From NCBI GenBank assembly GCA_964449085.1, contig CAYVAV010000005.1, positions 785-64,784 on the forward strand: a stretch of DNA of 64,000 bases, given 5' to 3'. Positions 7,972 to 17,805 of this stretch are shown here, one piece after another. The notes under the pieces were generated by a model. That model was not told the DNA's origin. It saw nothing but the letters and a program-made list of their open reading frames with translations, and did not search any database. The translations under genes were made by a program, and so were the position numbers. The first letter of the stretch is position 1, and every line of letters starts with the position of its first letter. The stretch is from an uncultured Bifidobacterium sp. (GTDB lineage Bacteria; Actinomycetota; Acidimicrobiia; Acidimicrobiales; Ilumatobacteraceae).

Positions 7972-10900
7972 ATGGGGTACGCCGAACTGCACTGCCGCTC
8001 CAATTTTTCTTTTCTCGAAGGGGCATCTCATCCTGAAGATCTCGCTGAACATGGAGCACGCCTGGGGCTTGATGCTCTAGCCATTACCGACCGTAATGGT
8101 CTGTATGGGGTGGTGCGTTTTGCTCGTGCTGCTCGCGAAGTGTCGTTACCCACAGTGTTTGGATCTGAGCTCTGGTGTCAATCATTTTCTGGTGCGGTGT
8201 CATCAGGAGACGTGGTGGTGTTGGCCGATGGCGCACATGGGTATGCGCCACTGTCTCGTGCGATTACTCACGCACAACTTGCCGGTCGCAAAAGTGAGCC
8301 ACAAGTACATCTACAACAACTTGCCGACACAGTACGTGGTTCAAGTTGGGTGCTGACCGGTGGCGGTTCAGGAGCGGTGGTACAGGCACTCATTCAGCAC
8401 GGACCTGCAGCGGCAGAAAACGTTACGCGCCAACTTGTTGATGCATTCGGCAAAGATCGCGTACTTGTTGAATTGTGGAATCACGGACATCCCTTAGATA
8501 TCGCACGCAATGATGCATTAGTACGTATTGCTGATACGTGTGGTGTGTCATGTGTGGCCACAAACAATGTGTTGTATGCATTGCCAGTTCAGCATCGTAT
8601 CGCCGGAGCTTTTGCCGCATTGCATCAATGTAAAAGTCTTGACGACATTGATATCGAGTTAGCACCTGCAGCAACTGCATATTTACGTTCTTGTGCAGAA
8701 CAACTGCGACGCTTTGAACGGTATCCCGGTGTCGTTGAACGAGCAGCAGAAGTTGGTGCGTCGGCCGCGTTTGATTTGTTACTGGTTGCACCACAGTTGC
8801 CTCCATTTCCATGTCCGCATGGCATGACGGAGATGTCGTACTTGCGTGCTCTTGCTGAAGAAGGGGCAACACGTCGATATGGCAAACGCCCTGTATCAAG
8901 CGAGGAAGACTTATCATTGCGTTCTCGGGCATGGAAGACGATTGATCATGAACTAGAGATCATCGACACTCTAGGTTTTGCTGGCTATTTCCTCATTGTG
9001 TGGGACATTGTTCAATTTTGTGAACGCTCAGTGATTTTGTGTCAAGGAAGAGGAAGTGCGGCAAATAGCGCCGTGTGTTTTTCTCTTGGAATCACCAAAG
9101 CAGACGCGGTGTCTCTCGGTTTGTTGTTCGAACGGTTTTTGTCTCCTGAACGTGACGGACCACCAGATATTGACATTGATATCGAAAGCGGTCGTCGTGA
9201 AGAGGTGATTCAGTACGTATACGAGCGCTATGGCCGTCATCATGCGGCACAAGTTGCCAATGTCATCACATACCGCTACCGCTCTGCAGTGCGCGATGCC
9301 TCACGTGCGTTAGGTGTGTCTGTTGACGAAACACCTTCTGAAAAAGTTCTCGAACTTGCAGCTTCCATCGAAGATATGCCCCGACATTTGGGTATTCACT
9401 CAGGTGGAATGGTGATCTGTGATCGACCTGTTAGTGAGGTGTGTCCCGTCGAATGGGCTCGTATGGAAAATCGCAGTGTGTTGCAGTGGGACAAAGAAGA
9501 TTGTGCGGCTATCGGGTTGGTGAAATTTGATCTACTTGGTCTTGGCATGTTGTCAGCGCTACATAACGCAATCGATTTCATTTCTGAACATCGTGGCTAC
9601 CACCTTGATCTTGCGACACTCCCTCAAGAAGACGAGGTGTATGCGATGTTGTGTCGAGCAGACACGGTGGGAGTGTTCCAAGTGGAATCACGTGCACAAA
9701 TGTCAACTCTGCCACGGTTACGACCACGACGTTTCTATGACTTGGTTGTGGAGATCGCACTCATTCGCCCAGGGCCTATTCAAGGTGGATCAGTTCACCC
9801 GTATATCAAGCGCCGCAATGGCAAAGAGCCCGTTACGTATTTACATCCACTGTTGGAAAACAGTTTGGGAAAAACATTGGGTGTCCCGTTGTTTCAAGAA
9901 CAATTGATGCAAATGGCAATAGACGTCGCGGGGTTTACTCCCTCTGAGGCGGATCAACTTCGTCAGGCAATGGGATCAAAGCGTTCTCGTGCACGAATGG
10001 AGAGACTGAAGAGCCGTCTGTATGAAGGCATGGCCGAACGTGAGATCACTGGTGAGTTGGCCGATCAGATCTTTCACAAAATGGCGTCATTTTCAAGTTA
10101 TGGATTTCCTGAGAGTCACTCGGTGAGTTTTGCCTATCTCGTATATGCGTCCGCATGGATCAAATATCACGAACCAGCAATTTTTTGTGCATCGTTGCTT
10201 AATGCACAACCAATGGGGTTTTGGTCGCCACATTCCTTGGTGCGTGATGCACGCCGACACGGGGTATTGGTGACCACTCCCGACATTAATTCTTCTGGTG
10301 CACTTGCAACTCTGGCGGTGAACAATGAATCCAATTCACAGTTGTCAGTCAACCTCGGATTATCCGCGGTTCGTGGTGTCAGTGTCGATATGGCACAACG
10401 AATTGTGAATCAACAACCGTATGAATCAATGGAACATCTCGGGCGCTCTATCCCAGATCTTTCTCGTGCACACATTGAAGCATTGGCTACTGCAGGAGCA
10501 TTTGAGAAAAGTTTTGCTGAACAACGCCGAAGCTCTTTGTGGAAAGCAGGAGCACATGTTGCACAACGCCGTCACATGTTCGACAACATCACTGCATTGC
10601 AATCTGTGCCCGAACTTCCGCGTATGCAGCCCATCGAAGAAGCCATTGCAGATTTATGGGCAACGGGTATTTCGCCAGATGGACATCCCACCGTTTTTGT
10701 GCGCGAACGACTCGCAGAACTTGGTGTGATGACCGCTGAACAACTTCTTGCTGATGTTGCAACATATGCCGCTTCAGATTCACACAGGATCCTTGTGGCG
10801 GGAGTTGTCACACACAGGCAACGTCCCATGACGGCAAAAGGTGCCACGTTCATCAGTCTTGAAGATGAGACGGGGTTAATCAACGTGGTGTGTTCACGTG

Positions 10901-11055
10901 GATGTTGGGCCCGACACCGTGATGTGGCAACGCATGCACCAGCACTTCTTGTGCGAGGGATTGCTCAGAGTGCAGATGGGGCAGTCACCATTCGAGCGGA
11001 GAGTCTCACCGCGTTACATGTCGCGGCGACAACCGCAAGCCGCGATTTTCGTTGA
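7972..11055 (+). CDS. dnaE2: Error-prone DNA polymerase III alpha-like subunit DnaE2
   Basis: 1027 aa. PHP-domain start YAELHCRSNFSFLEGAS, pol III alpha core motifs (GVFQVES, LIRPGP) and an OB-fold tail. Linked to imuB and preceded by an SOS box. Confidence 0.95.
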   Translation: MGYAELHCRSNFSFLEGASHPEDLAEHGARLGLDALAITDRNGLYGVVRFARAAREVSLPTVFGSELWCQSFSGAVSSGDVVVLADGAHGYAPLSRAITHAQLAGRKSEPQVHLQQLADTVRGSSWVLTGGGSGAVVQALIQHGPAAAENVTRQLVDAFGKDRVLVELWNHGHPLDIARNDALVRIADTCGVSCVATNNVLYALPVQHRIAGAFAALHQCKSLDDIDIELAPAATAYLRSCAEQLRRFERYPGVVERAAEVGASAAFDLLLVAPQLPPFPCPHGMTEMSYLRALAEEGATRRYGKRPVSSEEDLSLRSRAWKTIDHELEIIDTLGFAGYFLIVWDIVQFCERSVILCQGRGSAANSAVCFSLGITKADAVSLGLLFERFLSPERDGPPDIDIDIESGRREEVIQYVYERYGRHHAAQVANVITYRYRSAVRDASRALGVSVDETPSEKVLELAASIEDMPRHLGIHSGGMVICDRPVSEVCPVEWARMENRSVLQWDKEDCAAIGLVKFDLLGLGMLSALHNAIDFISEHRGYHLDLATLPQEDEVYAMLCRADTVGVFQVESRAQMSTLPRLRPRRFYDLVVEIALIRPGPIQGGSVHPYIKRRNGKEPVTYLHPLLENSLGKTLGVPLFQEQLMQMAIDVAGFTPSEADQLRQAMGSKRSRARMERLKSRLYEGMAEREITGELADQIFHKMASFSSYGFPESHSVSFAYLVYASAWIKYHEPAIFCASLLNAQPMGFWSPHSLVRDARRHGVLVTTPDINSSGALATLAVNNESNSQLSVNLGLSAVRGVSVDMAQRIVNQQPYESMEHLGRSIPDLSRAHIEALATAGAFEKSFAEQRRSSLWKAGAHVAQRRHMFDNITALQSVPELPRMQPIEEAIADLWATGISPDGHPTVFVRERLAELGVMTAEQLLADVATYAASDSHRILVAGVVTHRQRPMTAKGATFISLEDETGLINVVCSRGCWARHRDVATHAPALLVRGIAQSADGAVTIRAESLTALHVAATTASRDFR

Positions 11056-11067
11056 TGTGTTGCCGTG

Positions 11068-11376
11068 TTATTCGCCGGGTGTCTCGCCAAGGTTTTCGTT
11101 GAACATGCGGTAGGTGTCGTAGATCTCTTTGCATGCTTGGCAGATGGGGACCTGCTGCGGGTCACGAGAGGGCACCCACACATGACCGCACAACGCTTCC
11201 AACGGGGTTCCATAGATGCGCGCTTCAAGCACCTTGGCGGCGGCTGATTCACCTGGTTCTGTTTTCACGATGTGGGCGACAACTGGCTCACCAGTTCCGG
11301 TCTCATGTTGTTGATCGGGGCGCACCTCGGCGGGACGAGTCTGCAAGGGGGTTGCGGCACGAACATCCATGAACAT
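11068..11376 (-). CDS. DUF3039 domain protein
   Basis: The C-terminal ALCGHVWVPSRDPQQVPICQACKEIYD matches the conserved actinobacterial DUF3039 signature as I remember it. Confidence 0.7.
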   Translation of the reverse strand: MFMDVRAATPLQTRPAEVRPDQQHETGTGEPVVAHIVKTEPGESAAAKVLEARIYGTPLEALCGHVWVPSRDPQQVPICQACKEIYDTYRMFNENLGETPGE

Positions 11377-11407
11377 AAGTCAACCAGAGTGATCTACACT
11401 TTCGCTC

Positions 11408-11632
11408 ATGCCGTTGTACGACTTTCGTTGCCGCACATGCGATGAGACCTTTGAAGTGCGTCGTCCCATGTCTGAATCAAGTGATCCTGCAGTGTGCCCA
11501 CAAGGCCACGATGACACGGTGCGACTACTTGCCTCGTTCGCATCGGTTGGTGGCGCAGCAGAAGCGTTGCGATCTGCGCCAGGACCAAAAATGCGCCACA
11601 GCGGTGGATGCTGTGGCGGTGCTTGCCACTAA
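11408..11632 (+). CDS. FmdB-family zinc-ribbon protein
   Basis: The MPLYDFRCRTCDETFEV start is the canonical FmdB/CxxC_CxxC_SSSS signature. Small, with a Cys/Gly-rich tail. Confidence 0.8.
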   Translation: MPLYDFRCRTCDETFEVRRPMSESSDPAVCPQGHDDTVRLLASFASVGGAAEALRSAPGPKMRHSGGCCGGACH

Positions 11633-11648
11633 ATCACTTGCTGAATAA

Positions 11649-11668
11649 ACGCAATCACACAATTGCGT
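11649..11668. terminator. Small hairpin between convergent genes (ACGCAAT-6 nt-ATTGCGT)
   Basis: Perfect 7-bp inverted repeat read directly. It overlaps the rhomboid stop codon and has no clear U-tract. Confidence 0.3.
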
Positions 11669-12494
11669 AGGCAACCACAAACGATGCGATGATCGCGACA
11701 ATCGGCGACACCCAACTCACCCACGGCATAGTGCGTTGCCATTGTGGTTGCAACATGCAATAGCCAACGGCGGCACCCGCGATCGCGCCACCAATGTGTC
11801 CGCCAATAGAGATGCCTGGGATTGCAAATGTGATGAGAAGGTTGAGGAGTAACACTGCACCGATTCCGGTTTGAAATGGGTTAATTCCACGTTGATGTAG
11901 TGCGACAGATGCTGCGGCCATCAAACCGAATACTGCACCAGACGCTCCACCTGCCAATGATTCAGGAGACACAATGATTGAACCCACCGAACCACCTAGT
12001 AATGCAGCGAAATACAACAACACAAATTTTCGTGATCCAAGTCCTGATTCAAGAATTTGTCCTAACTGAAACAGCAAGATCATGTTCATCAGGATGTGCA
12101 GGAAACCAAAATGCAAGAAACCTGCTGTGATGAGTCGATACCACTCACCGTCAGCCAAGAAATCCTCGCGTAATGCCAAGTTGAATTGACGAATGTTGAA
12201 ATCAGATCCTGACAACACGCCTGAGGTGCCTCCAAGCAACACCCACACAAACACTCCAACGTTGACAGCAATCAATGTTCGAGTTGCGATGTCTGTCTTG
12301 GTGGCATTCCATCGTTGAACGCGAGTGGCTAGTGGTGGTCGTGATGAACGAATGCAGTCAATGCACTGCGATCCCACCGATGCCTGCACAAGACATGCTG
12401 AACAAGCGGGACGATCACAGCGAGTGCAGTGGCGACCAGTGACCTCATCAGGGTGGCGCGTGCAGTATTCAGGTGTGGGAGGGGGAAATTCCAC
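11655..12494 (-). CDS. Rhomboid-family intramembrane serine protease with an N-terminal zinc ribbon
   Basis: GGASGAVFGLM (GxSG) and a downstream GGHIGGAIAG His helix, with multiple TM segments. The N-terminus has CTRCDRPACSAC. GTG start. Confidence 0.85.
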   Translation of the reverse strand: MEFPPPTPEYCTRHPDEVTGRHCTRCDRPACSACLVQASVGSQCIDCIRSSRPPLATRVQRWNATKTDIATRTLIAVNVGVFVWVLLGGTSGVLSGSDFNIRQFNLALREDFLADGEWYRLITAGFLHFGFLHILMNMILLFQLGQILESGLGSRKFVLLYFAALLGGSVGSIIVSPESLAGGASGAVFGLMAAASVALHQRGINPFQTGIGAVLLLNLLITFAIPGISIGGHIGGAIAGAAVGYCMLQPQWQRTMPWVSWVSPIVAIIASFVVAYAIV

Positions 12495-12514
12495 GATGCA
12501 AAGTGTATGTGCGA

Positions 12515-13474
12515 CTAGCGCGGAGGCATTTCAGCAATTGTGCGATTCGCTAGATACCACTCGACAGTTCGCTCCAACCCTTCACGAAATGGCATCTGTG
12601 CGCGCCAGCCCAACAGTTGTTCAGCACGTGATGGGTCAATGCGGCGTCGAGGTTGCCCATCGGGTTTTGAGGAATCCCACACCAATTCGCCCGTAAATCC
12701 TGTGACCAGCGCGATTGTTTCGGCGGTTTCACGAATAGTGATTTCGCGGTCGGTTCCCAGGTTGATCGGCTCTGTCCCGCTGTGTGATTCCGCGGCGAGA
12801 ATGATGGCAGATGCGGCGTCTTCGACGTAGAGATATTCGCGACTAGCTGATCCCGTTCCCCACACATCGATCTTGTCAGCACCAGATTCACGCGCTTCAA
12901 CACATTTTTTGATGAGAGCTGGGATGACATGTGAAACAGACGGATGAAACTTGTCACCAGGGCCATACAGATTGGTTGGAATGAGATATGCAAATGACTG
13001 TCCGTATTGCGCGGCGTTCACTTGTGCATGAACAAGGTGTGCTTTTTTGGCAATTCCGTACGGAGCATTTGTTTCTTCTGGGTAACCATCCCACAGTGAC
13101 GATTCTTTGAACGGCACCGGAGTGAACTTTGGATACGAACATACCGTGCCCATCAATACTGTTTTCTCGGTCTTGTGAGTGCGGGCAGCCTCAATAATGT
13201 TCGTGCCCATCAACAAGTTGTCGAGATACAAACGAGCAGGTTCGGCTTGGTTGTAGCCGATACCACCGACTCGGGCCGCTAGGTGAATGACGTGAGTGGG
13301 CGAGTGCTTCGAGAGCATCTCATCACAGGCATCAGGATTGACTAAATCGTATTCATCATGAGTGGGTGCAGTAACTTGCGCACCAGCACGACGCAATGTC
13401 TCGACGACAACACGCCCCAGGAACCCGTTGCCACCAGTCACTACAACGGGACGCTGTGCCCAAAATGAAGACAT
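12515..13474 (-). CDS. fcl: GDP-L-fucose synthase (GDP-4-keto-6-deoxy-D-mannose epimerase/reductase)
   Basis: VTGGNGFLG Rossmann motif, PYGIAKK catalytic YxxxK, and YLIPTNLYGPGDKFHPSVSHVIPALIKK typical of Fcl/WcaG. Confidence 0.85.
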   Translation of the reverse strand: MSSFWAQRPVVVTGGNGFLGRVVVETLRRAGAQVTAPTHDEYDLVNPDACDEMLSKHSPTHVIHLAARVGGIGYNQAEPARLYLDNLLMGTNIIEAARTHKTEKTVLMGTVCSYPKFTPVPFKESSLWDGYPEETNAPYGIAKKAHLVHAQVNAAQYGQSFAYLIPTNLYGPGDKFHPSVSHVIPALIKKCVEARESGADKIDVWGTGSASREYLYVEDAASAIILAAESHSGTEPINLGTDREITIRETAETIALVTGFTGELVWDSSKPDGQPRRRIDPSRAEQLLGWRAQMPFREGLERTVEWYLANRTIAEMPPR

Positions 13475-13504
13475 GCATTACATCGTAGGACGACAGCAGA
13501 CAGA

Positions 13505-14614
13505 ATGAGAGACGTGCGCGTCGCCTACAGCCTTGAACAATGCTGGCACCGTGTTCCGGGAGGAACCGCAGTGTCTGCGCTCGAAGTGGCACGGCGTCTG
13601 CAGGCACACGATGATATCGAGGTCGTTCCATTTGCTGGTCGCCATAGAAAGCCCCCCGGCATCGCTGTTGATCTCGGATTACCTGTCGCGACGTTGCCTT
13701 TCGGCCGACCACTGCTGTACGAGACATGGTTACGATTCGGTTGGCCAAAAGTGGAGTCGGTTTGTGGCGACATTGATGTGGTTCACGGCACAACAATTAT
13801 TCCTCCCGCTACAAGGCTGCCGCTTACGGTCACGATTCATGATCTTGCGTTTTTGCGCTATCCAGAATTTTTTACAAAGCGCGGGAATCGCATCTTTCGT
13901 CGCAGTCTTGAGCAATTGAAAGAACGTGGATGCATCGTGATGTGTTCTTCATCTGCGACGGTGCAAGATTGCATAGATGCTGGTCTTGACCCAACGCTCT
14001 TGCGCCTTGTTCCTCTCGGCGTTCACATTGAGTCACCGACGGATGTCGACCTCGCGCGTGTTCGTGCAACGTATGAATTGCCAGACAAGTTCGTATTGTT
14101 CGTTGGGACGATGGAGCCGCGCAAGAATCTTCCCCGTCTCATCGAAGCAATGAATCGTATGCCAGAGAGAATTCCATTGGTGATCGCTGGCGTCGAGGGA
14201 TGGGGCGACACGCCAGTTATTCCTCATGACATGCCGGTCTCATTTCTCGGAAATATTCATCAACACAACTTGGCAGCGTTGTACAAAGCCGCGACTGTTC
14301 TTGCGTATCCATCGGTATGGGAGGGTTTTGGGCTGCCTATTCTCGAAGCAATGGCTCAAGAGACGTCCGTAGTGACATCGCGAGGGACTTCAACAGAAGA
14401 AGTCGCTGGCGGAGCAGCGGTGCTCGTTGATCCTCTCGATGTCTCATCTATCGCAGCGGGGATCCGTGAAGCCGTAAAGCGTGTTGATGAACTTGGTATT
14501 GCAGGTCGCGAGCGTGTGCAACAGATGACATGGCAACGCACTGCCGAATTGACACGTGATGTGTATCACGAGGTTGTCGAACGCGCTACGCAGAAAAATG
14601 TTGGACGTTCATGA
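13505..14614 (+). CDS. Glycosyltransferase family 4 (GT-B)
   Basis: C-terminal EGFGLPILEAMAQETSVVTS (EX7E region) and a GT4-like N-terminal domain. Confidence 0.85.
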   Translation: MRDVRVAYSLEQCWHRVPGGTAVSALEVARRLQAHDDIEVVPFAGRHRKPPGIAVDLGLPVATLPFGRPLLYETWLRFGWPKVESVCGDIDVVHGTTIIPPATRLPLTVTIHDLAFLRYPEFFTKRGNRIFRRSLEQLKERGCIVMCSSSATVQDCIDAGLDPTLLRLVPLGVHIESPTDVDLARVRATYELPDKFVLFVGTMEPRKNLPRLIEAMNRMPERIPLVIAGVEGWGDTPVIPHDMPVSFLGNIHQHNLAALYKAATVLAYPSVWEGFGLPILEAMAQETSVVTSRGTSTEEVAGGAAVLVDPLDVSSIAAGIREAVKRVDELGIAGRERVQQMTWQRTAELTRDVYHEVVERATQKNVGRS

Positions 14615-15726
14615 CACGGCGCGTCGCAATGAATTTGCTGTGGTGCGTGCCGGGTGTCGGTGGCAGTGAACAATATTTAGTTCGCCAGCTTCTCGGGTTA
14701 TCGCAGGTACAACATGATTTCTCAGTGGTCGTTTTTGCGCCATCCGGATTCACAGTTGGCCACAAGGAAATTGCTAAGTACTTTGACATTGTTGAAGCCC
14801 CTTCTGATTGTGTTAGTAGACCACAACGCGTCTGGCTGGAACATACGTGGCTCACTCAACAAACAAAAGGGTTTGATCTTGTTCATCACGGTGGTGGAAC
14901 TCTTCCGCGACGTGGGACTCAACCAACCGTGCTCACGCTTCATGATGTGCAGTGGACACAATATCCCGATTACGTCCGCCCAGTAAAACGGGCGTATCTG
15001 CGCGTGTCCGTTCCGTCGTCTCTTCGGCGCGCCACACGCATAACCGTGCCATCGCAATTTGTCGCGGGCACACTCGTAAAACACTTTGCAATTGATAGCG
15101 AAAAGATTTCAGTTGTCCCGCACGGTCTGGAATTCACTATCACCACCGACATCACAGATGAACGCACTTTGCGCGAACGGTATGGCATCAAGGCTCGTCG
15201 CATGGTGTTTTTCCCCGCAATCACTCATCCTCACAAGAACCATCTCTTCTTGTTGGATCTCATGGCTGACGGTGTAGGAGATTTTGCTGATCCTGATTTA
15301 GTTTTGGTATGTGCTGGTGCACAAGGAAACGCAGAAAATGCCGTCGCATCTGCAATTACAGAACGCGGTCTAGCCTTGCGAGTTCTTCGTCTAGGACACG
15401 TCAACGGCGCGGACCGCAACGGTCTCATGCAAATGGCAGAAGCACTTGTTTTCCCGAGCGAATATGAAGGTTTTGGTGCACCAGTCATCGAAGCAATGGC
15501 CCTTGGCACTCCGGTGATCTGCAGTGATCAGACGAGTTTGCCCGAAGTGGTAGGAGATGCCGGCGTAGTCATTCCTTTAACACGTGATGCATGGGGAAAG
15601 GCATTGCACACAGTGCGTATGCGCCGAAGTGAATTCGTACAAGCGGGATACGAACGTTCGCGAATGTTCACTGTCGCTACGTCAGCTGAAGCTTTGCTGC
15701 GCGCGTATAAGAAGGTTCTTGGGTAG
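14611..15726 (+). CDS. Glycosyltransferase family 4 (GT-B)
   Basis: EGFGAPVIEAMALGTPVICS motif. The start overlaps the previous stop (ATGA). Confidence 0.8.
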   Translation: MTRRVAMNLLWCVPGVGGSEQYLVRQLLGLSQVQHDFSVVVFAPSGFTVGHKEIAKYFDIVEAPSDCVSRPQRVWLEHTWLTQQTKGFDLVHHGGGTLPRRGTQPTVLTLHDVQWTQYPDYVRPVKRAYLRVSVPSSLRRATRITVPSQFVAGTLVKHFAIDSEKISVVPHGLEFTITTDITDERTLRERYGIKARRMVFFPAITHPHKNHLFLLDLMADGVGDFADPDLVLVCAGAQGNAENAVASAITERGLALRVLRLGHVNGADRNGLMQMAEALVFPSEYEGFGAPVIEAMALGTPVICSDQTSLPEVVGDAGVVIPLTRDAWGKALHTVRMRRSEFVQAGYERSRMFTVATSAEALLRAYKKVLG

Positions 15727-16982
15727 TGGGGATGGTTTCAAATACAACGGCGCCGTTACGCATTGTGGTGCTGTGTCCTCATTTCGCACCTGATACGGCA
15801 CCAACTGGTGATGTGATGACCCGCATCGTTGAAGAGATGGTCAGCACTGGATGCGAGGTTCACGTGGTGACGTCGCTGCCGTGGTACCGCAATCATCACA
15901 TCGAACCTGGCTGGGGTGGTCGTTTAGTGCGCCGTGAAAAAACTGAGTGGGGAACAATCACACGTGTTCATCCATTCCCTGGGAAAGACAAACGTTCGTT
16001 GTTGCGTCGAGCAATTGGCTTTGCGCTGTTCAGTGTTGTTGCAGGATGGTGCTCAATCACTGCCGGCGGTTTCCGCTCGCGAATCAACGCAGTGATTGCG
16101 ATGTCGCCTCCTCTTACGCTTGGGCTAACGGGTTGGATCGCTGCGCGGTTTCGACACACATCACTTATTTTCAATATTCAAGATGTCTTCCCAGATGCGG
16201 CAGTACAAACTGGAGCGATCACCAACAAGAAAATCATCGCTTGCGCTTCATGGCTCGAACGCGTGAGTTACAAACGTAGTGATCGAGTTGTTGTGTTATC
16301 GGAAGATTTGCGTCGAAATCTTGTCGCGAAGTTGCCTGTCAAGCATCAAGACAAAGTGGTTGTCATTCCTAATTTTGTTGATGCCAGACGGATTGCTCCT
16401 CGCGGCCGTGATACGGGATACCGAAAGGATCTTGGGATCGGTGATGAGATCGTTGTGATGTATGCAGGCAATGTTGGGTTCTCGCAGTCACTTGAGTTGC
16501 TCGTAGAGGCCGCGAAACAGATGCCGGACGTTGTGTTTGTGATTAACGGAGAGGGAAGTGCTCGCGCTTCGTTACAAGAATCTGCAAAAACGCTGACCAA
16601 TGTGAAATTCGTTGATTATCAGCCAGCAGATCGCGTCTCAGAAGTTCTAGCGAGCGCAGACATTCACGTTGTGCCTCTTCACGCTGGTCTGGGTTCGGTG
16701 AGTGTGCCCTCGAAGACCTACAGCATCCTTGCGGCAGGTCGCCCGGTCGTTGCTGCAATTGATGTAGACACTGAAGTGCCACGGATTGTGACCGCGAGTG
16801 AATCTGGGATTGTGGTCCCACCTGATGATGCGACATCGTTTATCTCAGCACTATCGGAGTTGCGAGATGATCGCGAAAAGATTGAGCGCATGGGTCGAAA
16901 CGGTCGCCAATGGGTGGAAACGCACGTGTCACCGGCTGCGGTTGCCGAGTCGTATCTCCAGCTGATCAACTCTCTCGGCTGA
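15726..16982 (+). CDS. Glycosyltransferase family 4, WcaI-like
   Basis: The N-terminal LRIVVLCPHFAPDTAPTG and an internal membrane-associated segment are typical of WcaI-like GT4 enzymes. GTG 15726 overlaps the previous stop; ATG 15732 is an alternative start. Confidence 0.8.
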   Translation: MGMVSNTTAPLRIVVLCPHFAPDTAPTGDVMTRIVEEMVSTGCEVHVVTSLPWYRNHHIEPGWGGRLVRREKTEWGTITRVHPFPGKDKRSLLRRAIGFALFSVVAGWCSITAGGFRSRINAVIAMSPPLTLGLTGWIAARFRHTSLIFNIQDVFPDAAVQTGAITNKKIIACASWLERVSYKRSDRVVVLSEDLRRNLVAKLPVKHQDKVVVIPNFVDARRIAPRGRDTGYRKDLGIGDEIVVMYAGNVGFSQSLELLVEAAKQMPDVVFVINGEGSARASLQESAKTLTNVKFVDYQPADRVSEVLASADIHVVPLHAGLGSVSVPSKTYSILAAGRPVVAAIDVDTEVPRIVTASESGIVVPPDDATSFISALSELRDDREKIERMGRNGRQWVETHVSPAAVAESYLQLINSLG

Positions 16983-17004
16983 TGGCAGGTAGCCTGTCTC
17001 ACTT

Positions 17005-17805
17005 GTGACTAGTGGTTCATCAGCAAAACGTGTAGCGCGCCTCGCACAAAAGGGCAAAGGCAAGAAAGTTCGCTTCCAAGGCGGAACGATCTTTCCTGGC
17101 GTCATGGCTGCTGTGATCATCGCCGGTCTCTTGCTAGTTGCGTATGCGCGCCAGTCGGCTCCCGATAGCAACACGCCACCAACTATCAATGATCACTGGC
17201 ACTTGTCGTATGGCTTTTACGTGTGTGATTCGTTTTTGCCTCCTTTGGTGGGCAACAAAGAACAGCCCATCGATCCTGACTACTTGAAGTACGGCATCCA
17301 TAGTCACGATGACGGTGTCATCCACTGGCACCCCGCAGCATTCGCAACGGGTACGCGCGCGAAATTGGATCTGTTCTTCAAGGTGTATGACGTTGAGGTT
17401 TCGAAAGACAGGATCTCTTTCCCCGCGGAGCAAAATGGCGGTCAGGTGTATGACGTTGAGGATTACAAGTGCAAAGACGACAGTGGCAAAGAAGTGACAC
17501 CACAAATCAAGATGGTGGTGTGGGACAGTTACGACGAAGCGGGTAATGGTCGAACATTGATCACAGACTTTGGCAACTTACGTATCGACCGTGATGGCAT
17601 GGCGGTGACTATCGCAATTGTTGCTCCTGGTGTGGATGTGCCGAAACCAGAAAGCGCGGAGAACTTGCCATCTCTCGGCGCAATCGACTCAGGTCAAACT
17701 GCTCCAAGCACGACAGTGGAAGGAACAAGCGATTCCTTGCCCACGCAGACAACGACACCGGTACCACCAGCAACGGACGTTTCAACCGACACAACCGGAG
17801 GCTGA
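17005..17805 (+). CDS. Membrane-anchored hypothetical protein with a Thr/Pro-rich tail
   Basis: Basic N-terminus, a single TM segment (VMAAVIIAGLLLVAYA), a DHWH/HWH-containing ectodomain and a TTPVPPATDVSTDTT tail. Its stop overlaps the start of the next gene. Confidence 0.6.
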   Translation: MTSGSSAKRVARLAQKGKGKKVRFQGGTIFPGVMAAVIIAGLLLVAYARQSAPDSNTPPTINDHWHLSYGFYVCDSFLPPLVGNKEQPIDPDYLKYGIHSHDDGVIHWHPAAFATGTRAKLDLFFKVYDVEVSKDRISFPAEQNGGQVYDVEDYKCKDDSGKEVTPQIKMVVWDSYDEAGNGRTLITDFGNLRIDRDGMAVTIAIVAPGVDVPKPESAENLPSLGAIDSGQTAPSTTVEGTSDSLPTQTTTPVPPATDVSTDTTGG

